Source: Eledone cirrhosa (lineage: Eukaryota). Taken from it: 64,000 nucleotides of DNA. The position numbers were made by a program, and so were the translations under genes. The stretch is taken from positions 193,564,001-193,628,000 of the forward strand of contig OZ024741.1 of NCBI GenBank assembly GCA_964016885.1, given 5' to 3'. Shown one piece after another: positions 21,690 to 34,073 of this stretch. How positions within the stretch are numbered: the stretch's first letter is position 1; every line of letters begins with the position of its first letter. The notes beneath the pieces are model-generated. The model searched no databases. It was given only the letters and a program-made list of their open reading frames with translations, and had not been told where the DNA came from.

Positions 21690-21985
21690 TCATCATCATC
21701 ATCATCATCAGCGTTTAACGTCCATGTTCCACGGTTGCATGTGTTTGGACGGGGGTTTTCCCACTTGAGGCAAGAGTGATTGTCTTGCTCGCATAGGACT
21801 GTCTGGCAGGTTTTCTACAGTTGGATGCCCTTCCTAACACCAACCACATTTACAGTGTGGGTCTGGGAGGTTTTTACCGTGTTGCCTACACGGCCACATT
21901 ACAGCGTGGACTGTGTTTTTTTGTCGTGACACCTACATGATCTCATTTGTTTCGGCCTGGATGGTGTGGCACCAACATAACTTTA
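21690..21985 (-). mobile_element. Solo RTE 3'UTR of the 643-2330 lineage
   Basis: Reverse complement of about 2040-2330. Confidence 0.85.
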
Positions 21986-22009
21986 TACATACATACATAC
22001 ATACATACA

Positions 22010-22072
<63 letters not shown>

Positions 22073-22073
<1 letters not shown>

Positions 22074-22282
22074 GAGTCACGTGGTTAGAGCATTGGCCTT
22101 GCAATCGAAAGGTTGTGAGTTCAATTCTCAGACCGGGTGATGTGTTGTTTCCTTGAGCAAGACACTTTATTTCACATTGCTCCAGTTTACTCAGCTGTAG
22201 AAATGAGATGATAGGGACTGGGGTCCCTATCATTCCACTGCAAAGTGGTCGTGTAGGTGCCACGGCAAAAAAAGCACCCAGT
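22073..22282 (+). mobile_element. SINE family 1, 3'-truncated
   Basis: Head, core and first tail module only. Confidence 0.85.
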
Positions 22283-22284
22283 AC

Positions 22285-22322
<38 letters not shown>

Positions 22323-22604
22323 ATATAGGGAGACACAAAGCAGGCTTTGTTTACAAACAGCTAGCGACTTTGAAAATTAGGTAGTAACATTACTTATGTC
22401 ATTTAACTACATAGAATTAGTCTGTGTTACATATATATACCTGCTTCTAATTGAATGGAGGGAAGCATCGGTGGCATCTTGGTGTAATGGTAATGCATTG
22501 GTCCAGCAAACCAAAGATGTGTCCCATGTACATCAATAATCATCCTTTTTTCCATTCAGAGGGTTTCTATATAATCAAATATGGCGTAAGCACATGTTAC
22601 TACC

Positions 22605-22647
<43 letters not shown>

Positions 22648-23027
22648 AGGATAAGAGCAAAGTTCGGTGTAGCTGTTTAAAAATCCTTTATTTACAAAGC
22701 TGTGATACATATTTCTAGACCATTCATGGCTACGTGATGGTTTCACCAGACAATCAGTCATGCTACATCCACAGACACTATTTTGTGCAATAAAATTACA
22801 TTTCCAATCAAAAGACAAGGGAATGGACAGATATGATGTTTACATTACCGATGTATGTTCCCCTGTGAGCTTTAGTTCCACTCTACAGTTGTGCTCCTAG
22901 TAAGCAGCTTGAGCAATTGGGACAAGCCTATCAATAACACCAAAGGCGTATATATATATATGTATATGTATGTATTTCTCAATTTGTAGCATATGCCATC
23001 TTGAATTTGCTTTCTTGTTACTTTATT

Positions 23028-23067
<40 letters not shown>

Positions 23068-23068
23068 G

Positions 23069-23154
<86 letters not shown>

Positions 23155-23156
<2 letters not shown>

Positions 23157-23835
23157 AGATCAAGCTAACAAGCATATTTTCACCAACCATTCCATATATT
23201 ACAATGACGCTCTAGCTCAGAATGGATTTATATAAAAAGTAGAATAGATTAAGAACGAACACAAAATTAAGAAAAATAGATCCATACACATATAATATGG
23301 AATTTGCCACGCCAATAGCTAAAGCTTTCCTTACATTAATTAAAAAGCATTTCCCTTTAGCACATAAATATCACAATATGTTTTATAGAAACACATTTAA
23401 ATATCCTATTCCACAACTCCCAACCTTGCACACATCACTGCATCTATCTTAGCTAAATTATCCAACCCTGAACCTAGTTCTAACTGCAATTGTATTAACA
23501 GGCACTACAGTCATCTAGCTGGGAAATGCCTATGAAGCACTATAATTTATAAATGTAAGGTTGGTACACCCACAAGTAATAAGGCTTACATGGAGTTAAC
23601 AGCCTATAGATTGAAGCATCGTTTATAGATGCACTCTCATTCTTTTTTATACCCTTTGAGAAGGAATATTATTTTACTTTTGGCCTTTTCTTGGAGTTTA
23701 AAAGACAATAACATTTGATTTTAACTAAAGCTAGATCCTATAATGGAAATAAAATACTTTGTGATTCTTCTGTTGCTGAAGCCCTGGTAATCCTTTTATG
23801 GTAATGAATGTATTTTAAACAAAAAAAATCTGAGG
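23155..23835 (+). mobile_element. Degraded Penelope-like fragment (linker and GIY-YIG)
   Basis: AFLTLIKKHFPLAHKYHNMFYRNT, ISYSTTPNL, CNC, IIYKCKV, KAYM.LT. Confidence 0.75.
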
Positions 23836-23859
23836 CAATCTAGGAAGGATGGTCTTCTG

Positions 23860-24830
23860 TAGTACAGTATATTGCCAGAGATCTCAGTCCTATGTCATTG
23901 TCTTTGAGAGGTGCAATTGAGCAAGGTCAGCTTTTATCACCTCATCCCAAGTCTTCCAGGGTCTCCCCACTCCATGGTTTCCATCAATTTTGAGCATTCT
24001 GCACCTTTTTCTATAGCTGTCATCCTTCATATGATCATATATCCTGACCAACGCAATCTCCTTTCCTACACACTGGTACCATATATGCCTAGTTTCTCTC
24101 TCAGTTCGTTTATGCTTTGCCGTACACATCCATCGGAGATTGCAAGCTTCATTTCTTTCTAATCTTCGCAGGTCTTCTGCACACAGCATCCAGGTCTCGC
24201 TACCTTGCAACATTGTTGTTCGACTGCATGTATCATAGAGTCTGCCTTTCATTTTGAGGGAAAAGCCTTTTGTAGCTAGCAGTGGTAGTAGCTCCCTGAA
24301 CTTCTTCCATCCTGTTCTCACTCTGGCTACTGTATCTTCATAACACCCACCTTCGCTGCTAATTTGGTCACCCACGTAGCAGAAGCTGTCTACTGCTTCT
24401 ACTGAACCCTCCCAGAATTTGATAGTGCTTGTTTTCCTTTGGTCGTTTGCTGCTTACTGCTCCTGAACAATGGCTTCATGTAAAACCTACATTCTTAGCT
24501 AAACATCCTGAGATCCCACTACATCTCTTGTGTACCCATAGTTTGCATTTGGGACAGAGGATGGAATTTCTACCCATACCTTTGCTACACACTGATCAAG
24601 GCCATTTCCCTGTCAAGTTGACTTTAAGACCCTTTGTCTTCCAGGTTTGGAATTTCTTCTCTAGTTCCACCTTAGACTCAGCTATCAGTGTAAGATCATC
24701 AGCATACAGGAGTTCCCACAGGCAGCCAGTCTTAAACTCCTCTGTTATAGCCTGCAGTACAATAAAAAAGAGGAGATGGCTAAGAACAGATCCCTGGTTG
24801 ACGCCTACCTGTACGCTAAATTCTTTACTA
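23860..24830 (-). mobile_element. Degraded RTE RT/PHD/C-terminal fragment
   Basis: GVNQGSVLS, LLYADDL, GKWP, VRTGWKKFRELLPLL. Confidence 0.88.
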
Positions 24831-24844
24831 TAGACATACATATA

Positions 24845-25066
24845 TCATCATCATCATCATCATCATTTTACGTCCGCTTTTCCCTGCTTGCAAGGGTGGG
24901 ACGGGTCCTATTCAGCACAGCATCTCTCCACTTGTCACGGTCCTTTGTCATCTCCACCGAGAGCTTCAGCGATCTGAGGTCTGCTCTCACCACCTCTGCC
25001 CATCTTTTTCGTGATCTTCCTCGTCTTCCTTCAACTGGCATTTCTTGACACTTCTTTACCCAGCGG
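24845..25066 (-). mobile_element. RTE short-tail lineage, 3' end
   Basis: DRWVKKCQEMPVEG..WAEVVRADL, then CCCACCCTTGCAAGCAGGGAAAAGCGGACGTAAAATGATG. Confidence 0.85.
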
Positions 25067-25339
25067 TCATATATATATATGTGTGTGTGTGTGTAAGTAT
25101 ATGTATACATACACACATATATGTATAGAGAGAGAAAGAGATGTAAAATCTTGTCTGCGGCACCAAGTGGTTTCAGCAAATGTTTAATGAAAGGAATAAG
25201 TTGAGGTAAAAGATTTAGAGGGCAAATAAATGAGTAGGTGGAAAGAGTGGGTAAAGTATGCACACACAGCCACAAGCATATTCATACATGCACCCATACA
25301 TTCCCGCATGTACACATACACACACAGAAGACTAACATC

Positions 25340-27100
25340 TTTATCAAAAGACTAAGATAGCGTACATTCTTCTTTGACCAACACAATCATCAGCGTGACA
25401 ACCTCCAGCAGAGAGAGAGACTTATGGATTTAAATCCACATCGACCCCACCTCCCAACCCACTACTGGCTAACTTTGAAGCAGAACTCTTTTCTCTGATC
25501 AAGAGTATTAAATTCAAAAGGGACCTAATGAGTTTCAGAAGAAACTCCAACAATTTACCAAAGAACTAAAGAATTTACACTTGGATAAAACGTACAGCCT
25601 GTATCTCATTGACTATGAACGCTGCCATCATTTCATCTTCAACAGTCTCACTTCTAGCTACAGTAAGACAAACCACTCAACCATCAACACAATCAATAAA
25701 TTGGGCCAGTGGATCATCTCAGACATCGAAATCCAAGACCGCACCAAATCCCTTAGCCCACTGGGACTACACTTCACCCTGAAGGACCATAGCACAACTT
25801 CAACAACAACCCAACTATATGCCTCACCATCCACACTAAGTCGGACATAGGATGGATTAGCAAGCAACTGTTAGACCATATTATACCTATATTAAGGCAC
25901 ATTCCCGCCTTAACCTCTGGATTAACACTACCAAAGTTATTGACTACTTCCAACAGATTAGCAACAAAGAGAGAACCAAATTACTCCAATTTGACATTGA
26001 TAATTATTACACTTCAATCACCCTCCCCATTCAGAAAAGGGCCCTATACTTTGTCAGGTCCTACACTACAATAGAAGACTCTACATATGAGATTATACTA
26101 TATGCACGCCACTCACTCTTGAGCTACGATGGGTCACTTTGGGTTAATCAGTCCATTGACACCCATTTCGAAGTGAGCATGGGGCTAATGACTCAATGGA
26201 GATCACAGACCTGATTGGACTCTATGTACTGTCTAAATTAAAAGATCGATTCGCACAGTTTGGAGGGGGCTTGTACCATGACGATGGCCTACTCACCTTC
26301 CACAACTTCAGCTGCTGTGCAACTGACCAAACCCGGGATTCCGGATTACCATCCAGCACCGCCTGAGTTCAGTGGACTTCCTTGATGCCACACTGAACTT
26401 TGAAACCGAACTATACTATTCATATTGGAAGCCCAGCAAAACCCTCCAATATATGAACAGGAACTCCAACGATCCTCGTTCCATAACTAATAACCTAACT
26501 AAAAATGTCTCCATCCATATCTCCCGGCTGTCTGCAACCAAGCAGATCTTCCATGAGCATGTGCCCTATTATGACATCCTCCTACACAGCAGATTTAACC
26601 AAGACATAGAATTTGACAGACACTAAGGGGGCTCACAACCACCAGCAGAACAGGAAATGTAGGATTACGTGGTACAACCCACCCTACAATGTGGAAGTGG
26701 CAACATCCCTCACTTGGATCTTTTTCGGGATCGAAGACACTTCCCACCACAACACCGGTACATAATTCGAAGACACTTCCCACCACAACACCGGTACATA
26801 ATTCGAAGACACTTCCCACCACAACACCGGTACATAATTCGAAGGCACTTCCAACCACTGCACCAGTACCACAGAATTCTCAATTAAAACACTGTAAAGC
26901 TATCCTACTCAACAACCGAATATAGCACAGAGTATTGTTACATCTAACAGGACGAAACAAAGCAGACAGATCACACGGTCCAACCAACCTGACCATAGAA
27001 CGATACTGCAATTGCCGCCACTGAGAGAAGTGCCCTCTGGACTCCAAATGCCTAACTATTATGCCTTGCATACAAAAATCATACCTATGCCTCAAACTAT
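25340..27100 (+). pseudogene. Decayed Penelope-like RT and linker
   Basis: LLQFDIDNYYTSI, GGLYHDDGLL, VDFLDATLNF, YWKPSKTLQYMNRNSNDP, WYNPPY, HFP, CNC and CPLDSKCL motifs, with stops and frameshifts. Confidence 0.85.
26731..26875 (+). repeat. 36-bp tandem repeat, three perfect copies plus one diverged
   Basis: TCGAAGACACTTCCCACCACAACACCGGTACATAAT repeated head to tail with no spacers. Confidence 0.95.
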
Positions 27101-27589
27101 CAAACGATCCGGAAGGCTACCTACCAAACACAGTAACCTGAAACACTCGACATTTAAGCCCACACAGTGACCTGTACCTGGACTACACCCTACCCTACAC
27201 TCCAGCCCAAACATCCACACTTCCCTTTGGAACCCACATGCAGAAACCCCGGGCCCATGCATCAGTCTTCCACCCCACCCACCCCAGTATATCCATCTAT
27301 CACCTACATTGTACCCTCAACCTACCACTACTCACCAGTAAGTTTCCTTTTACTTATACAGAACCAACAAACAAACAAGATTGATAGAGAGAAAGGAAGA
27401 TAGAGAGAGAAAGAGAGAGAGAGAGAGAGAAATGGAGAGAAAGGGAATGGATCAACTCCTTCCCTTTCTCTCCATTTCTCTCTCTGGTTCTTTTGTTGTC
27501 GAATGGGTGTGCAATCACAAGAAGCATCGATTTCATTACGTCTTGCTTATTCATTTCTTTGATTTCGATTTTGATATCGACGTGACATA

Positions 27590-27813
27590 GACGTCATTGA
27601 TGATTTGAAAATGTGCTTGGCAAGAGCTTGAAATGATATGCCACAAGTTACCCTTCAAAACGCCACCCAAGCTTGGATTTCCAGGTTAAGACGCTGTCAT
27701 TAAGTGCACGGACGACATTTTGAGTATTTGTGAGTGTAATGCTTTCTAACATCAGTCTTTGTAAAAATAAATCGCAGTTTGACAAATTTTCCGCTTTTCT
27801 AGAGACCACCCAG

Positions 27814-27815
<2 letters not shown>
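27590..27815 (+). mobile_element. Tc1/mariner transposase C-terminal remnant and right terminus
   Basis: IDDLKMCLARA*NDMPQVTLQNATQAWISRLRRCH*VHGRHFEYL*, ending GAGACCACCCAG followed by TA. Confidence 0.7.
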
Positions 27816-27883
<68 letters not shown>

Positions 27884-28139
27884 AATATGTATATACATAT
27901 ATTTATGTAGCAAATATATATACAGTTAATCTGAAGAGAGTAAACATGTGAGGCACGTATGTCTCTGTGGTATGTGTTTGTGCCTTTTCATTAATGCTGT
28001 AAAGTGGAGGGATGGAGAAGGCACCTGAGTTCAGTAAGACAACCTCTCTAGTGCTGGTGGCATGAATAAAAGCACCCAGTCCATGCTGTAAAGTGGTGCA
28101 TCCAACCAGTATATATACTACTGCCAAACACTATGAGCA

Positions 28140-31100
28140 CAACAAATGAGCATTGCAACAACTGCGTAAACAGCAGTAACATTAACCATGTTAGGGCTGC
28201 ATGCGATAGTGGGGTGGCTGGTGCGGCCATGTGCGAGAACGCCCCTGGCCGTCATCAAGCAATCGCACAACAACAACAATAACTGCGTAAACAGCAATAA
28301 CACTAACCATGTTAGGGCTGCGCACAGTAGTGGGGTGGCTGGTGCAAGACCGTCATCAAGCAATCACACAACAAGAGCAAGAATATGAAGGCGTCAAATA
28401 TCAGAGTTACTACACTTAATGTAGATCTGGTGAGATAGTGGAGATGCTGGAGAGAAGACATGTGGATGTGTGGTGCGTGCCTCTACAAGACTAATCGCAG
28501 GCAAACATCTTAGTGATAAGCTTTTCTGGGTAGGTAATGATGATGGGTTAGGTGGAGTAGGCATTTTACTGGCTGAGAGATGGATCAATAAGACAACAGA
28601 GGTAGTTAGAGTCAGTAATAGAACAATTAAGATTAGATTAGTTGTAGGCAAGAGACTACTGACAATCATCTCTGCCTATGCTCCCCAGGCGGGCCTAGGT
28701 GAAGAAGAGAAAGACTGCTTTTACAAGAAACTTTAAGAAACAGCCACAATGACAAAGGACAGAGACATCGTTATGTTAGCAGGGGACTTCAATGGTCATG
28801 TTGGACAGCTCCAGGATGGATACACTGGGGTACATGGTGGTCATAGTTATGAAGAAGAAGTGAGGCTTCTTGAATTTTGTGATGCAAGTGCACTAACCAT
28901 TTGCAACACTAACTTCCAGAAACCTACCAACCACCTAATAACCTACAAATCAAGTAAGCACATAAGCCAGATTGACTTCTTGCTAGTTAGGCAGCAAGAC
29001 AGACAGATGGTGACAAATACTAAGGCATACCCCAGGGAAGAATGTGCACCACAGCATAGGTTAGTCATTAGTGACATCTCAATAAGCAAAAGACAAAATG
29101 AGACATACAGGAAGGTGTGGAAGAGGAAGGTCTAGAAGCTAAAAGACCTTTCACTAAAATATAAATTTAGGAAAGCCCTTCAAGATGTCTATGATGAAAA
29201 AGAAGACGATTTAGAGTCGTATGACATAGATGATAACTGGAATTTCTTACATGACAACTTACTGCAGACTACTGAAGAAACTTGTGGTTGGGGCAGAGCT
29301 CCGACCAGACAGAGAGTGGCCTGGTGGTGGAACAGTACGGTAGATAGGGCCATTAGAGACAAAAGACTAGCATGGAATGCTTGGAAAAATGGTGGGAGTA
29401 GAGACCGATACACGGCTGCTAAGAGAGAAGCTTAGCATGCAGGGAGGCTGAGCATAGGAGGTTTGCCAATGTCCTGCAACGGGAAGATCAGAGACATGCG
29501 GTGTTCCACATTGAAAGTCAGTGTCAGTGTAAATCAGGATGTTGTTGGAGATAAATGTGTCCGAAATGATGCTGGTGTACTTAGTGTCACGAATGATCAG
29601 AAAAAGAAGACCTGGAAATGTCATTATGAGAGACTGGTGAATGTGGAGAACAAATGGGAGAGAGAGAAACTATCTCCAGTAGACGCAACAGATGGACCAG
29701 CTATTGAGATTGATGAATATAGGATCCTAGTGGCAATTAAGCTATATATGGCGGAGTCATACCTAAAGACTGGTGCAGCAGTATTCTCATAAATTGGTAC
29801 AAAGGTAGAGGGGATGCTCTGGAGAGGAGCAATTATAGGGGCATAAAGCTGATCAATCAGGTTATGAAAGTGGCAGAAAGAATATTTGCGCAACTAATTA
29901 GAGAAAGGGTCAAATTAGATGAGATACAGTTTGGTTTTGTGCCTGGGAAAAGTACAAAAGATGCCCTCTTCTTAGTGAGACAAATACAAGAGAGGTTCTT
30001 AGAGAAGAATAAGCCACTATACTTAGCTTTTGTTGGCCTGGAGAAGGCCTTTGATAGGGTACCCCAATCTGTCATCTGGTGGTCCCTAAGGAAACTAGGT
30101 GTAGAGGAATGGCTTGTGAGGACAGTGCAAGCTATGTACAGAAGTGCTGTCAGTAAAGTGAGGGTAAGAATGGAGTTTAGTGAGGAATTCCAGATACAAG
30201 TAGGTATAAATCAGGGTTCAGTCCTCAACCCGCTCTTGTTCAATATAGTCCTCCAAGCCATAACAGAGGAGTTTAAGACTGGCTGCCCATAGGAACTTCT
30301 CTATGCTGACAATCTGGTTCTTATATCAAAATCAGTAGAGGAGCTAGAGAATAAATTCTGGCCATGGAAACAGAAGTTGGAATCAAGAGGACTGAGAGTG
30401 AACTTAACTAAGACAAAAGTGTTGATAAGTAGAAAAGAGGACAAAACTCTGATTTCGTCAGGGAAATGGCCATGTTTGATATGTAGAAAAGGAGCTGGCA
30501 TAAAGTCTATAAAATATACAAATGCAGATCTTGGATACACAAGAGATGTAGCAGGATAGCAGGAAAACTATGTATGCAGTAGATCTACAGGGAAATTTGA
30601 CAGTAGAAGTCACAGTGATAGACTTCAAATGCAGGTAGATTCTATAGAAGTGGTTAATAGCTTCCGGTACCTAGGTGATCATATTAGCATGGGAGGGGGG
30701 GGGGGATACGAGGCCATAGTATCTAGAATAAGGATGGGTTGGAAGAAGTTCAGGGAGCTGCTTCCTCTGTTGACAAAGTAGGCTTTCTCCCTGCATACAA
30801 AAGGCCAGTTATATGATGCCTGTGTGAGATGCACGATGCTGCATGGTAGTGAGACATGGGCAGCAACTGCAGAGGATATGCGCCGGCTGGAGAGAAATGA
30901 AGCAAGCATGCTCTGTTGGATGTGTAATGTCAATGTGCATGAACGACCAAGCATAGATGAGTTGAGAGAGAAACTGTGTATAAGAGGGATAAGTTGTAGT
31001 GTGCGGGAGAGAAGACTGAAATGGTATGGACATGTGATGTGCATGGAGGATGACCGCTGGGTAAAGAAGTGCCAAGAAATTCCAGTAGAAGGAAGTCACA

Positions 31101-31287
31101 GTAGAGGAAGACCACGAAAAATATGGGCGGAGGTGGTGAGAGCAGACCTCAGATCGCTGAAGCTCATGGAGGAGATGACGAAGTACCATGAGAAGTGGAG
31201 AGATGCTGTGCTGAATAGGACCAGCCCCCACCCTTGCAAGCAGGGGAAAGCAGACGTAAAATGATGATGATGATGATGATGATGATG
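28140..31287 (+). mobile_element. Near full-length degraded RTE LINE (short-tail lineage)
   Basis: APE (FWVGND.G.GGVGILL, ISAYAPQ, GDFNGHVG), RT, C-terminus and tail ACCCTTGCAAGCAGGGGAAAGCAGACGTAAAA(TGA)n. Many stops. A ~121-bp tandem duplication lies in the 5' region. Confidence 0.92.
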
Positions 31288-31547
31288 TAATCCTCTAATA
31301 GTACAACTTTCCTTTAAGACTTGCTGAATCCTAGGTCATTGTATAATCATTTATAGTGCTTCTGAAGTTGTACAATATCTAATAATGCTTTGTAATACTC
31401 AATATTTTTCCCTTTTATCTAAATTGAAATAACATAAGCATTAATTGAATAAGATATTTTGAAACATTTGTAATGCTATTAACTGGTTTAAAGAAATCTA
31501 CTCTGCCATCTCATGTTGTTATACATATATATAAATGTAAATACATA

Positions 31548-31657
31548 GAAGAAGAAGAAGAAGAAGAAGAAGAAGAAGAAGAAGAAGAAGAAGAAGAAGA
31601 AGAAGAAGAAGAAGGAGGGGGAGGGGAGGAGGAGGAGGGGGAGGAGAAGAAGAAGAA
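31548..31657. repeat. (GAA)n/(GGA)n microsatellite
   Basis: Seen directly. Confidence 0.95.
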
Positions 31658-31888
31658 GTGGTGATTAATTACCAACCCTATGTCAAATCAATGGTAAATG
31701 TATAGAAAAATCTGTTATCAATGCAACCATTGGCACATCTAACAATCCAAACTGCATGGATTACAATGGATTAACACCAAATTAATTTAAGATTATGTTA
31801 TTTGAATTATAATTTTACATTACAACTATAATTTAACACAAGCCTTGTGATCCATATTTGTTTTAGTGAAATAATTAATGAATCTATA

Positions 31889-32075
31889 TAATTGTTTCTA
31901 CTTTTGGCACAAGGCCAGCAATTACCCAGTGCATTACTAGTACTTTATTTTATCGACCCCGTAAGGATGAAAGGCAAAGTTAACCTCGATGGGATTTGAA
32001 CTCAGAATGGCAAGAGCCGTAACTCTATGCGTCAAAGCATGGCGTCCGACCCTTTACCGATACTGCCAATCCACC
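31889..32075 (-). mobile_element. SINE family 2 copy
   Basis: Same motifs as 7121-7306. Confidence 0.88.
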
Positions 32076-32500
32076 ATATAAATGTATATAATACCATCTT
32101 GTACCATATGAAACCACAAAAGCAAGGCATTCTTGAAATTTTCCGAATGAACTGACAACTAATAAACATACTACAAATATTTGAATTAACAAACCTGTTT
32201 TTAGATGTATGTATGTATGTATGATCCCGTAACTCCTGATAGAGTCGTAGGGGCGCTGTATTGACATACAACGTTTCTTGGGCATTTTTAAGCCTGGTGG
32301 AGCCCATCCCTCTCCAGGCCTGAGTACAGCAGATTTCTTCCAGAGAAAGATAGAAAGTGACAGAGAGGAAATGAAAAAGAGATATAGAAGAAAAATCAAC
32401 CCAGTACTAGACTGGTACTTGTTTTATCAACCAAAGTTGACCTTTGCAGGATTTGAACTCCAAGAGCAGAGTGCCGGAACGAATATCATAAAGCATTCTT

Positions 32501-32847
32501 GGAGGCATATGGCTTAGTGGTTAGAGCATTGGCCTTGCAATCGAAAGGTTGTGAGTTCAATTCTCAGACCGGGTGATGTGTTGTTTCCTTGAGCAAGAGA
32601 CTTTATTTCACATTGCTCCAGTTTACTCAGCTGTAGAAATGAGATGATAGGGACTGGGGTCTCTATCATTCCACTGCAGAGTGGTCGTGTAGGCGCCATG
32701 GCAAAAAAGCACCCAGCACTCACTGTAAATGAGGTTGGTGTTAGGAAGGGCATCCAGCTGTAGAAATCATGCCAGAATCAATTCCCGTCCCACCCTTGCA
32801 AGCAGGGAAAAGTGGACGTAAAATGAAATGAAAATGATGAAAATGAT
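32501..32847 (+). mobile_element. SINE family 1 copy
   Basis: Full head, core and tail. Confidence 0.9.
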
Positions 32848-33429
32848 TCTATCTGACATTCTAACGGCCCTGCCAATCAATTTTTAGATATTTTCAGCTA
32901 AATCATTACAAGATATTAAGAGTTTAATATGGTCTTTTATGCAAATCAATACCTCATATTTATAAAGAATTTTGTAGAGTATAGATGTGTTGTTTACATA
33001 AATTTTCCTAACTAGTTTTGTTTTTTGTTGTGTGATGTGTATTGCAATTGCTCCTTGTCATAAATGTATGGTGTGAGGGAGGGTGTCTTACAAGTAAGGC
33101 CAATTATAACAGTTGGAGTTGTGAAATCTAAAAGTTTCATGTTTGCAAAAATATTTGTAGATCACGTTGGCCATAAGAATTAATATTATTTCACACAATA
33201 TGTACCAGTAATGCACTGGATGATTGCTGGCCTTGTGCCTAAAGTAGAAACAATTATTTCACACAATATGCTTATGAAAAAACCTAAAAATATTCAAACT
33301 GATAAAGATAATAATAATTCAATTAATGGAAACAGTAGATTAAATAATGACACACACCCTTCTACAATTCCTCCTAGCACTAATGGACATTTTCTCTATA
33401 ACAAAAATATCCTTATGATAAGAAAAACA

Positions 33430-34073
33430 TTGTGAATAAAAAGCATAGTAATAACACTAAACCTAACATCTATAATGCTAAACATAAAACTGAAGGTAAT
33501 AATCAAAATAGTTTTAATCTCAATCACTTTATGGATACACTTATTAGTAACAAAAATAAAAATGATAGAAGAAGGCTTTATCCATATTTTAATCCACCTT
33601 TCAACTTAAATGTATCTACTAATATACCTAGAGTATTCTTCTCTATTATTGAAAAAAATTCCCACTTATCACAAATACCATACTTTAATTTAAAAAAACA
33701 CCATTAAAATCTCTTATTCAACCTCACCTAACATTGCTAATCACATAGCGCCTAATAATAATAAGAAAATTAATAAATATTTTACTTCTTGTAACTTAAA
33801 TAACAATTCACAACCAATAGATATGCTTAACAATATTGTACCTAATAATACTAGTAACCACTCTCCCAATACTTTAATATCTATGACCTATAGGAATATT
33901 AATAACAATTGCAACACTCATATATCAAATTCTAATAACTCTTCACACCTTTACCCACAAAACTTCTTAATCAATAACCATAACTGTAATTGTAGACTTA
34001 ATAATGGAAATTGCCTTGTTAAGAATATTGTTTATTCCTGTATTGTCACCACTTCCATCAACTCCCAAATCTA
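33430..34073 (+). mobile_element. Penelope-like remnant, proximal part (linker to GIY motif)
   Basis: YFNPPFNLNVSTNIPRVFFSIIEKN, KISYSTSPNI, CNCRLNNGNCLVKNIVYSC. Confidence 0.82.

Noticed and set aside
26731-26875. 36-bp repeats resembling a CRISPR array
   Set aside because: The units are contiguous with no spacers, lie in a Penelope ORF, have no cas genes nearby, and the context is eukaryotic.
31290-31420. Possible terminal DRC7 exon
   Set aside because: An acceptor-like site exists, but no frame gives convincing similarity to the DRC7 C-terminus, and the intervening exons are missing.
31473-31664. Poly-Glu ORF
   Set aside because: (GAA)n microsatellite.
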